Below the pieces are notes generated by a model that did no database searches, was not told the origin of the DNA, and saw only the letters and a list, made by a program, of their open reading frames with translations. 64,000 bases of DNA from Pseudomonadota bacterium (GTDB lineage: Bacteria; Pseudomonadota; Gammaproteobacteria; Acidiferrobacterales; UBA6901), in assembly GCA_021819085.1 (NCBI GenBank), contig JAKASJ010000006.1, forward strand, positions 38,166-102,165, written 5' to 3'. Made by a program: the position numbers and the translations under genes. The number at the start of each line of letters is the position of its first letter. Position 1 is the first letter of the stretch. Below, in pieces: positions 15,801 to 23,554 of this stretch.

Positions 15801-18800
15801 AGCGAGAGCCGGAGCGGGTATTGCTGCTTGTGCGCGAGTGCATGGGGCCGTGGATGGATGGTGTGCCCTGGCTCGCCGGACAGATTTTCGGAGGCATGGC
15901 ATATTCTGAAGAGGACATCCTCGCGCCTCGCTACCGCGACGCGATCCTGTTCAGCCAATGGCCGGGATCGCGCGCGCTCGCGCGCGAAGATCCCGGCTTT
16001 GGCATGCGCCTGCTCGCACAGACGCTGCCGGAGTCGGACATAGACTATGTCGTGGCCGACAGCCTGCTGCAGTTCGCGACCGGGCGCCGTTGCCTGCGCA
16101 CATTGCGCCCGCTGCAGGCCGAACCGCTGCGGCGCAAGCCTCTGCGCCCGCGTCTTCCGCTGACATGGGAAGCACACAGGAAGTTCACCTACCAAAGCGG
16201 CAGCTTTCTGAGCGGCAACCTGCTCGCGCCCGATAGGCTGCTCGTCCTTGAGCATTTCCGTCGGGACCCGTTGCTGCGCCGTACACGTGCCGACGTTTTG
16301 CGGCTGCTGCGCCGCGGCTTTCGCAGCCCGCGCAGGGGCGAACCCTACGGTCGTTACATCGATTTCCTGCACGGAATGCCGGAAGGCGACATTCAGCTGC
16401 TGCGTGAATTCAACGCCTTTGCGACGATTGTGCCCGCAAGTCTCGGGGGAAAGGGCTGGAGCAAGGCTCAGTACTCGGTGCTCACCAATCTGTGCATGGG
16501 GGAAAAGGATACCGCCACCGGCCTGCTGATCATGGCCAGCACCAGCATCGGCACCATGCCGGTGCTGCTCGGCCGCGACAAGGATCTGCCGCGGCTGCGC
16601 CACGAGATCGATGCGTGTCTGGCCGATGCGTCCGGATGGCGGGAATTAAAGGAGGACCTGAACCGACTTATCGAAATGATCGAGCGTCCGGAACCGGGGC
16701 CCCTGCGGCGCAAGCTGGAGCGTCTCGGCGGACAGGTCCAGCGCATGTTTCTCTTTCCCGGTTCGACGCTCAAGTACCTGATCCGCGATTTTCTCGAGCT
16801 CATGCGTCAGACTGTGCAAGCGGCGAAAGCGCGTGATCTCACGATCTTCGGGGATTGCCTGCGGCGATGCCGGGACAGTCTGCCGGCGGTGCGCGTCCGG
16901 CTCAGGGACGAACAGCAGGAAATCGATGCGCGCGAGCGCGCACATGAGCGCTTTCTGCAGTTCCTTGCCTGTGGGCAGATCAGTGCCTTTGCGCTCACGG
17001 AGCCGGCCGCCGGCTCCGACACCGGGGGCATTCAGGCGCGCGCGGTTCTTCGCGAGGTAGAGGCGCGTGCCGACGACCAGGGGCTGTACCGCTTCACTGT
17101 CGCCGGCACCGAAACACCGCGTTTGCTGCTGGATGCGCGGCGTCTGGTATTCGAATCGTGCCGGGCGTTTTTTCGCATGCCGGACAACAGCCTGGCCAGC
17201 CTCGATGACAGTGACTGGGATCTGGCGCGTAACAGCGGCCGCCGCCGGATTCGCGTCGGCGGGCACACCTATCCCTATGACGACATCGGCACTGTTGTCG
17301 TCACAAATGGCAAGGCCTTCTATCGTTACTGGGAGCTGTCAGGAAGCAAGATGTGGATCACCAACGGCTCGGTCGCGGATCGTTACTGTCTGTACGCCCA
17401 GACCGCGATCGGCGAAACCGGCTTTATGCTGGAACGCCGCTCCGAGGGGTTGCGCATCGGTCCGAACGAAAACAAGCTCGGCCAGCGTGCTTCGCCGACC
17501 AACGAGCTGACGCTGGACCGCGTGCGAGTAAGCGCGGATCAGGTGATCGGCTTCACGGGTCATGGGCAGGTGAACGCACTGGAGACGCTGAGTGTTGGGC
17601 GTGGCGGTCTGGTCATGAGCTGTGCAACGCTCGCCGAGCGCGTGTTGCGGGAGTTTCTGCCGGTGTGGCAGAAGGATCCGGTCTTGCATGCCGCAGCCCA
17701 GGCGGAGTGCGACCGCCTGCAGACCCTGGCTGCGCGCCTGGTTGGCCTCATGGACCGGTCCGACCTTCAGCGCGGAGATTTTCGCATTGAGGCGGCGCTT
17801 TCCAAGTACCTCGCCTCCGAGGGTGCGCACCGTATCCTGGGCTGGCTGGAGAGACTCTATGGCCCCGATGCTGCCGCACGCGAACGGATGCTGGAAAAAT
17901 GGCGGCGCGACATACGTATCCTGAACATCTACGAAGGCACGAACGAGGTCCAGCGCTTTCTTGTGCTCAAGGACCTGCCGAACCTGCTGCGCGAGCAGGC
18001 AATGGAGGTTGCCGACAACGCGCCGCTCGATGCCGCACTCCAGGAGTTCCGCGAATTTGCAGCGGGTCGTGTCGCGGAGCTCGGTGCCGGGGTCTGGCAG
18101 AATCCGGATCTGCAGGCTCGCTGGTTCCCCGTTGTCGACTGGGTCGCCGAACTCTACAGCTGGTCGGCACTGCACGAGCGCACCCGTTTGCTGGAATCTC
18201 ATGGCGACCCCGTGGACCGGGAGAACATTGGGCGTCTGCGTGCGAGCGAAGCCAGCATCGCACAGCACGTGCAGGATGTGGCCGGGATGGTGCGTTCGGA
18301 TTTCGAGCAGGCCGAGCATGGCGATACGGGTCCCGGCGACGCCGCACTGGCCTTGGCACGCGCAGCGCTGGCCGTACCGGCGAGAGTGGATGACGGCCCC
18401 GTGGCAGTGGGCGCATTGGCGGGAGAATGGGCTGTCGTGCTGCGCAGCCGTTTCGAGCCCGGGGCCGGTGGCCTCGAGTGGGCCGGATGGAATCCGGCCG
18501 ATCTCGCGGTGCTGGATCGCCTGCTGTCGTGGTCGGACCGGTTTCCGGCCCTGCATGTGAAAGTCGCCGCGCTCGCGCCGCGCGACACCGCCGACGCACT
18601 GCGCCGTCTGCAGGCGGCCGGCGCCGAGGTTCTGCACGTTGCCCAGCCGGCCGGTGCCGCCGAAATGGCGGGCGCGGTTGCCGCCATCCTGCGCGTTTGG
18701 CCGCAGGTGCGGCGATGGGCATTCGGATGCGGCGCATCCAGCCCCCGCGACCGCGGTTTTGCCGCGAACATGGGCCAGCTTCTTGGCGTCGATCTCGTGG

Positions 18801-20158
18801 AGGGCGCGACCGCCCTGGGCGACGTTGCGCATGGTTTGTGGGTGGAGGATGCCGCCTGGCGGCGGAGATTCATCACCGACCGGCGCCGTATCGCATTCGT
18901 GTGGGACCTGAAGCCGGGCGGCCGCGCCGGTCGTTACGGAGTGCGGGATTGGCTCGCGGCACTGCGCACCGATCTGCAGTGCGCCGAGGCCGCTGCGTAT
19001 CCGCTGCCGACGGCTGTGCGACTGCCGGCCCTGCCGCCGGCCGCCGATCTGCCGCAGCGCTTTGCGGACGTAGGCGAGCTTGCAGCCTGGCTCAGGGGCC
19101 GATTCAATGCGGGTGTCGTCCCCGATGATCCGGCGGCGACTCGGCCGGCACAGGTACCGTTGGCCGGCTACAATCTGTGGTTGACTCCGGCGGACGTGCT
19201 GGCCGGCGCCAGTCGCGAATCGGCGCTGCGTGCGCTGGTCGGGCTGGGCACCGGGTTCGGCGTACTCGCCTGGCTTCCTGCCGGACGGAGTCCCCCCCCG
19301 GTATCGCTGCTGCTGGGCCAGCCTGGATTCGCAGGTCTGTGGCAGCTGCCGCTGCATGGCGCGGTGCTGCATGCGGCACTGGCCGACCTGCTGGCAGAGC
19401 ACATCGGTGTACCGCATCGCATAGTGTTGAGCGCGGAACATCGCGCGCTCGGGGCGGCGCTGGCGGCTCGTCTCGGAATGGCGCTGTTCGACGAGGTAAT
19501 CGCGGTCACAGCCGACGCCGTGACCTGTTCTCGCGATGGCTACGAGGCGGATTACCCGCTGCCGGACGCTGCACTGCTGATCATCGGCCGTTCCTGCAGC
19601 GCGCCACCACTGGCGGCTCCGGCATCCCTGCCGCTCCCGGTCACGCTGCTGCCCGCGGCGCACCTGCAAAGTTCGGCGCTGGCGCGTGCCCAGGCGCGCG
19701 TGGCTACGGGAGCAGGTCTGACGACAGCCAAGTTCATCGTAGACGTAGGACTCGGCGTTGCAAATGAGTCCAATTACAAAAAACTCATTCCGCCTCTGTG
19801 CGCGGCGCTCGAACGTCTTAGCGGCGAGGCCGTGGAGCTGGGGGCGACGCGCAAGGTGACCCAAGAACTCAAGCTTCTGCCGGTCGACCGGCAGATCGGC
19901 CAGACCGGTGTTCCGGTGGCGCCGGCGTTGCTGCTGGCGCTGGGCATCTCTGGGGCGCCACAGCACATGGGTTGGATCGATCCGGGTGCCGTAGTGATCG
20001 CGATCAACCGCGATCCGGATGCTCCGATTTTCGGCTGGTCGCGCCAGAATCCGGGACCTCGTGTCATCGCCTGTATCGGCGACCTCGAGGAATGGGTACC
20101 TGCGCTGGTGCGATTTCTGGGTGCCGATGGCACTCTGCAGTCTGCCGGGGATGGTTGA
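12839..20158 (+). CDS. Multidomain fusion: FixC/ETF-QO flavoprotein + [4Fe-4S] + two acyl-CoA dehydrogenase domains + ETF-beta-like + ETF-alpha
   Basis: Single 2439-aa ORF with IVGAGPAG/APKER/VLRPKLDRWL/LAEG (FixC), CPAEVY...CIKCESC (Fe-S), RVQF and QIFGGMAY (ACAD-1), FALTEPAAGSD/KMWITNG/IYEGTNE (ACAD-2), NPADL (ETF-beta-like), QIGQTG/GISGAPQH/AINRDPDAPIF (ETF-alpha). Confidence 0.88.
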   Translation: MPSSPEVLIVGAGPAGIAAALRLVRAGVSVMVLEGAEYAGAENWSGCVYHAEGLLREDVLGRELWQQAPKERRIVARSLYLHDGINAAGFEARAHAGNDYGEAWTVLRPKLDRWLASRAIDFGTTLITGTTATGLRYHGDRVVGVDTDRGPVDAPVVFLAEGDAAGLLAREGFERTKLPHYAQGIKALFHLPPPEIEKRFELGPGEGMAQEWLLRNGQLAGRPVRLNMTAFLYTNHDTLSLGLVLPLDRLAQAGVADHPHLFERVRNIPVIASYLAGAQQIAYGAKVIRSGGIDETPEWVRAGLAVGGGALGLGQEVPYPNFIAPAITSALTFADAVLRIRQKGSDYTHAELQHEYAETLRSTTDFCNAALIRRWPEAIHGGPALFDHLPAMLGQMIDAERLPSGAGRAQWRRALGVQLTHLRSDAAQALHLARGFGPRWRVLRTAPPPLHVRFLVARAGSAPVPVAVPDDPLLALAGQVIGHFYGRRLPAFADRVALIWRSMVRLPLALPRIAGLGLGALTGGASLLGDLAAYKACRLPLRELLLRPYHRYDDCTRSSLDWSGAHRSAASPTTWIAPLVRYRPDPRHLTVPLGLGAAAQQLRNVCPAEVYSLVGQLGGVASQHENCIKCESCRVTVPGVDWNRNSNHRFAYRVPGNTRSGPDSSVISALEPVSAEPLPLSVAERRIWQRLYQSLCARPAMVAGEWPRAWEKLLRAIPHNELTRPKVARMDAWLRRHGYGWMETEVRALLEQARALPVDGQGVRDNGAHALQRSQRAWERLKTDFPSERLKSLGHAAWKLSDRRVLLDWIVAARTHRVAAVEWLAGWSSALAWMAAGHYLAEAYAGHTIADALAGPLWREEDGNSNWMSGVVERFVDLQGVSRSAAGIVAHGAGADAAQPVRRRVVDDVSGFSATAELAEMSVALALGQATVLRRRALEYAATRVQFRGELRDNEGRESIAKFGVVKQMLAGVEYAHTLLGLARRWCQREPERVLLLVRECMGPWMDGVPWLAGQIFGGMAYSEEDILAPRYRDAILFSQWPGSRALAREDPGFGMRLLAQTLPESDIDYVVADSLLQFATGRRCLRTLRPLQAEPLRRKPLRPRLPLTWEAHRKFTYQSGSFLSGNLLAPDRLLVLEHFRRDPLLRRTRADVLRLLRRGFRSPRRGEPYGRYIDFLHGMPEGDIQLLREFNAFATIVPASLGGKGWSKAQYSVLTNLCMGEKDTATGLLIMASTSIGTMPVLLGRDKDLPRLRHEIDACLADASGWRELKEDLNRLIEMIERPEPGPLRRKLERLGGQVQRMFLFPGSTLKYLIRDFLELMRQTVQAAKARDLTIFGDCLRRCRDSLPAVRVRLRDEQQEIDARERAHERFLQFLACGQISAFALTEPAAGSDTGGIQARAVLREVEARADDQGLYRFTVAGTETPRLLLDARRLVFESCRAFFRMPDNSLASLDDSDWDLARNSGRRRIRVGGHTYPYDDIGTVVVTNGKAFYRYWELSGSKMWITNGSVADRYCLYAQTAIGETGFMLERRSEGLRIGPNENKLGQRASPTNELTLDRVRVSADQVIGFTGHGQVNALETLSVGRGGLVMSCATLAERVLREFLPVWQKDPVLHAAAQAECDRLQTLAARLVGLMDRSDLQRGDFRIEAALSKYLASEGAHRILGWLERLYGPDAAARERMLEKWRRDIRILNIYEGTNEVQRFLVLKDLPNLLREQAMEVADNAPLDAALQEFREFAAGRVAELGAGVWQNPDLQARWFPVVDWVAELYSWSALHERTRLLESHGDPVDRENIGRLRASEASIAQHVQDVAGMVRSDFEQAEHGDTGPGDAALALARAALAVPARVDDGPVAVGALAGEWAVVLRSRFEPGAGGLEWAGWNPADLAVLDRLLSWSDRFPALHVKVAALAPRDTADALRRLQAAGAEVLHVAQPAGAAEMAGAVAAILRVWPQVRRWAFGCGASSPRDRGFAANMGQLLGVDLVEGATALGDVAHGLWVEDAAWRRRFITDRRRIAFVWDLKPGGRAGRYGVRDWLAALRTDLQCAEAAAYPLPTAVRLPALPPAADLPQRFADVGELAAWLRGRFNAGVVPDDPAATRPAQVPLAGYNLWLTPADVLAGASRESALRALVGLGTGFGVLAWLPAGRSPPPVSLLLGQPGFAGLWQLPLHGAVLHAALADLLAEHIGVPHRIVLSAEHRALGAALAARLGMALFDEVIAVTADAVTCSRDGYEADYPLPDAALLIIGRSCSAPPLAAPASLPLPVTLLPAAHLQSSALARAQARVATGAGLTTAKFIVDVGLGVANESNYKKLIPPLCAALERLSGEAVELGATRKVTQELKLLPVDRQIGQTGVPVAPALLLALGISGAPQHMGWIDPGAVVIAINRDPDAPIFGWSRQNPGPRVIACIGDLEEWVPALVRFLGADGTLQSAGDG

Positions 20159-20213
20159 GTCAGGCAGGACAGTGTGGCGGGCTTCCGCTACCGTGGGCGA
20201 TTAGGAGACAACT

Positions 20214-21512
20214 ATGTCGGATGCAAAGGTTTACGTAATCGATGGTTTGCGCACGCCGTTTCTGAAAACCCGCGGCCAGGCAAATGAGTTCAGCGCAGCC
20301 GATCTGGCAGTGGCCGCCGCCCGACCGGTGCTGGCGCGCGCGCCGTTTGCGCCGGAGCAGATCGACGAGATCATCGTCGGCTGCGTCATTCCGGCGCCGG
20401 ATGAGGCCAATGTCGCACGCATTATCGGATTGCGCCTGGGCTGCGGCAAGACCGTCCCCGCCTTCACGGTCCAGCGCAACTGCGCATCCGGGCTGCAGGC
20501 GCTGGCGTGCGCGCGCGAGCGCATCGCGCAGGGGCGGGCGCATCTGGTTCTCGCCGGCGGCACCGAGGCGATGAGTCGCGCGCCGATCCAGTGGAATACC
20601 GCCATGGCGGGCTGGCTCGCTGGAGTCCTGCGTGCACGTAACCCCGTTGCACGGGCGCGTGCCATCGGTGGCTTCCGGCTGTCACATCTGGCCCCGGTGT
20701 ATACGTTGCTGCTGGGTCTGACCGACCCTCTGGTGAAACTCAATATGGGCCAAACCGCGGAGATCGTCGCACATCGATTCGGTATTACTCGCACGGAGCA
20801 GGATGCCTATGCGCTCGGCAGCCATCAGCGACTGGCGGCAGCCTATGGTGCCGGACAGATGCACGATGAGATCGTGCCGCTATTCGATTCCCGCGGCCGC
20901 GTTTATGAGGAGGACAATGGTCTGCGCAGGGATACCGACATGGACAAGCTGGCCAAGCTCAGGCCGGTGTTCGACCGCAAGTACGGCTCGGTGACCTCGG
21001 GCAACAGCTCGCAAGTGACTGATGGCGCGGCTATGCTCATGCTGGCGAGCGAGACCGCCGTGCAACGCTACGGACTGACGGTGCTGGGCGAACTCTTGGG
21101 CGAAGAATGGGCGGGCGTCGATCCGAGCCAGATGGGTCTTGGACCAGTGCACGCCGTGGCGAGGCTGCTGGCCCGGTTCGCGCTTAGCATGGACGATATC
21201 CGAAAGATGGAACTCAACGAAGCGTTTGCCGCCCAGGTGCTCGCCTGCCAGGCAGCATGGGCAAGCCCCGAATACGCCCATGACGAACTCGGTCTTGGCA
21301 CTCCAATCGGTCCGGTAGATCCGGCGCGCCTCAACACCGAAGGCGGCGCGGTCGCGATCGGCCATCCTGTCGGCGCTAGCGGTGCGCGGATCGTTCTGCA
21401 CCTGCTGCGTTCGCTGCGGCGTCACGGGGGCGGCCTCGGCATTGCAACTCTTTGCATCGGCGGCGGCCAGGGTGGTGCGATGCTGGTGCGCGCGAAAGGG
21501 GAATCAGCATGA
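20214..21512 (+). CDS. Acetyl-CoA C-acyltransferase (3-ketoacyl-CoA thiolase, FadA/FadI-type)
   Basis: VQRNCASG, NEAFAAQ, GHPVGASG, LCIGGGQG; RBS AGGAG. Confidence 0.95.
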   Translation: MSDAKVYVIDGLRTPFLKTRGQANEFSAADLAVAAARPVLARAPFAPEQIDEIIVGCVIPAPDEANVARIIGLRLGCGKTVPAFTVQRNCASGLQALACARERIAQGRAHLVLAGGTEAMSRAPIQWNTAMAGWLAGVLRARNPVARARAIGGFRLSHLAPVYTLLLGLTDPLVKLNMGQTAEIVAHRFGITRTEQDAYALGSHQRLAAAYGAGQMHDEIVPLFDSRGRVYEEDNGLRRDTDMDKLAKLRPVFDRKYGSVTSGNSSQVTDGAAMLMLASETAVQRYGLTVLGELLGEEWAGVDPSQMGLGPVHAVARLLARFALSMDDIRKMELNEAFAAQVLACQAAWASPEYAHDELGLGTPIGPVDPARLNTEGGAVAIGHPVGASGARIVLHLLRSLRRHGGGLGIATLCIGGGQGGAMLVRAKGESA

Positions 21513-23554
21513 ACATGGATATTGACGCGGCCAATTGGCGAATCGAGGAAGCCGACGAAACCATCGTGCTGACGCTCGATGTGGTCGGACAGCGCGCCAA
21601 CGCGCTGTCGTCCGTGGTGCTTGAAGAGTTCGACCGTATCCTGGGACAAATCGAAGTCCGTCCGCTCCATGGCCTGGTCATTCGTTCGGCAAAGGTCAAC
21701 AGCTTCATCGTAGGCGCGGATGTCAACGAGTTCCAGAAGATCAGTGACTCTGTGCAGGCCACCGCCCTGGCGCGCGCGGGGCAGACCGTGTTCAATCGGC
21801 TTGCAGGCCTGCCATTTCCCAGCGTCGCGCTGATTCATGGCAATTGTCTGGGTGGCGGGCTTGAGCTGGCGCTCGCCTGCACCTACCGTGTCGCGCGCGA
21901 GGACGACGCAACGCGGCTGGGCCTGCCGGAAGTGCGGCTCGGAATCCATCCGGGTTTCGCCGGAAGCGTGCGGCTTCCGCCCCTGATCGGCGATCTGGCG
22001 GCGCTTGATCTCATCCTGACGGGCCGCGCGGTGAGTTCCCGCCAGGCGCTTGCGCTTGGTCTTGTTGACGAAATCGTGCCTGATCGCCACCTGATGCATG
22101 CGGCGCACGCGTTCATCGCGCGCCACCCGCGTCCAAGGCGTGCAGCCTGGTGGAAACGCACGCCGTCGTGGTCGATGGTGCGCAAGCCGGTCACGCGCCT
22201 GCTGCAGCGGCAGCTGCGGAAAAAGGCGAACCCCGATCATTATCCGGCTCCGTACCGGGCGCTTGATCTGTGGCGCCGCAATGCTTCGCAGGACGAGGAA
22301 GCGCTTTCGTTGGGCGAGCTGATGGTCGGGCGTACGAGCCGCAACCTGGTCAGCATGTTTCTGCTTGGCGAAGAGCTGAAGCGTCACGGGCGCCGCCACC
22401 CGCATGACGTCGCGCACCTGCACGTGATCGGTGCCGGTACCATGGGTGCGGACATAGCCATCTGGGCCGCGTTCAAGGGTTTTCGCGTGAGCCTGCAGGA
22501 TCCGCAGATGGAGGCGCTCGCACGGGCGGTCAAGAAGGCCCACGGCTTCTACAAGAAGAAGCTTAAGAAACCGGTGGCCATTCAAGATGCGATGGACCGG
22601 TTGATGCCTGATACAAATGGCGATGGTCTGCATCGTGCCGATCTCGTTATCGAGGCCATAGTCGAGAAGGCGGATGCCAAGTGTGAACTGCTTCGATCGG
22701 TCGAGAGCATGGTGCGTCCGGACACGCTTCTGGCGACCAACACTTCAAGTATTCCTTTGGAGATCCTGGGTGAGGCGCTCAGGGATCCGTCACGCCTGGT
22801 CGGACTGCATTTCTTCAATCCGGTGGCGCAGATGCAGCTCGTCGAGATCGTGCGAGGAAAGCAGACCAGCGAATCATCCCTGGAACGTGCCAGGGCATTC
22901 ACCGTCGCAATCGAGCGTCTTCCTTTGGACGTCCGGAGCAGCCCGGGCTTTCTGGTCAATCGTGTGCTGATGCCGTATCTCATCGAGGCAATGACGCTGG
23001 CCCAGGAGGGGATTGCGATCGAGGAGATCGATCAGGCGGCGATGCACTTCGGCATGCCCATGGGCCCGGTGTTGTTGGCCGATACAGTGGGTCTGGATAT
23101 CTGTCTGTCGGTGGCGGAGATGCTTTCCGGCCCACTCGGTATTGCGGTGCCGGAACGCCTGCGCGAAGCTGTCGCGCGCGGGGATCTCGGAAAAAAGTCC
23201 GGACGGGGCTTCTATTCCTATGACAAATCAGGAAAACCCCGCCGCCGGGCGGCCCACGGGCACAGCGATGTCCCCGTCACCGAGCGGCTGATCCTGCGCA
23301 TGCTTAATGAAGCAGCGGCCTGTCTGCGCGAGGGGGTGGTCAGTGATCCCGATGCGGTGGATGTGGGGATGGTTTACGGGACCGGGTTTGCGCCCTATCT
23401 GGGTGGACCCATGCGCTATGCCGAGGCGCTGGGCGAGGTCGGCATCGCCAGCAGCCTGCAGCGGCTAGCGCAGGAATATGGGTCGCGATTCGCCCCCGAT
23501 GAGGCATGGGGCAGAACCGACCTGTTCGCACGCCGTGCTGCATTGCGGGGATGA
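21509..23554 (+). CDS. Enoyl-CoA hydratase / 3-hydroxyacyl-CoA dehydrogenase (FadB/FadJ-type)
   Basis: FIVGAD, GGGLELAL, LGLPEVRLG (crotonase); GAGTMG, IEAIVE, TNTSS, GLHFFNP, PGFLVNR (HAD). ATG overlaps the thiolase stop. Confidence 0.95.
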   Translation: MNMDIDAANWRIEEADETIVLTLDVVGQRANALSSVVLEEFDRILGQIEVRPLHGLVIRSAKVNSFIVGADVNEFQKISDSVQATALARAGQTVFNRLAGLPFPSVALIHGNCLGGGLELALACTYRVAREDDATRLGLPEVRLGIHPGFAGSVRLPPLIGDLAALDLILTGRAVSSRQALALGLVDEIVPDRHLMHAAHAFIARHPRPRRAAWWKRTPSWSMVRKPVTRLLQRQLRKKANPDHYPAPYRALDLWRRNASQDEEALSLGELMVGRTSRNLVSMFLLGEELKRHGRRHPHDVAHLHVIGAGTMGADIAIWAAFKGFRVSLQDPQMEALARAVKKAHGFYKKKLKKPVAIQDAMDRLMPDTNGDGLHRADLVIEAIVEKADAKCELLRSVESMVRPDTLLATNTSSIPLEILGEALRDPSRLVGLHFFNPVAQMQLVEIVRGKQTSESSLERARAFTVAIERLPLDVRSSPGFLVNRVLMPYLIEAMTLAQEGIAIEEIDQAAMHFGMPMGPVLLADTVGLDICLSVAEMLSGPLGIAVPERLREAVARGDLGKKSGRGFYSYDKSGKPRRRAAHGHSDVPVTERLILRMLNEAAACLREGVVSDPDAVDVGMVYGTGFAPYLGGPMRYAEALGEVGIASSLQRLAQEYGSRFAPDEAWGRTDLFARRAALRG

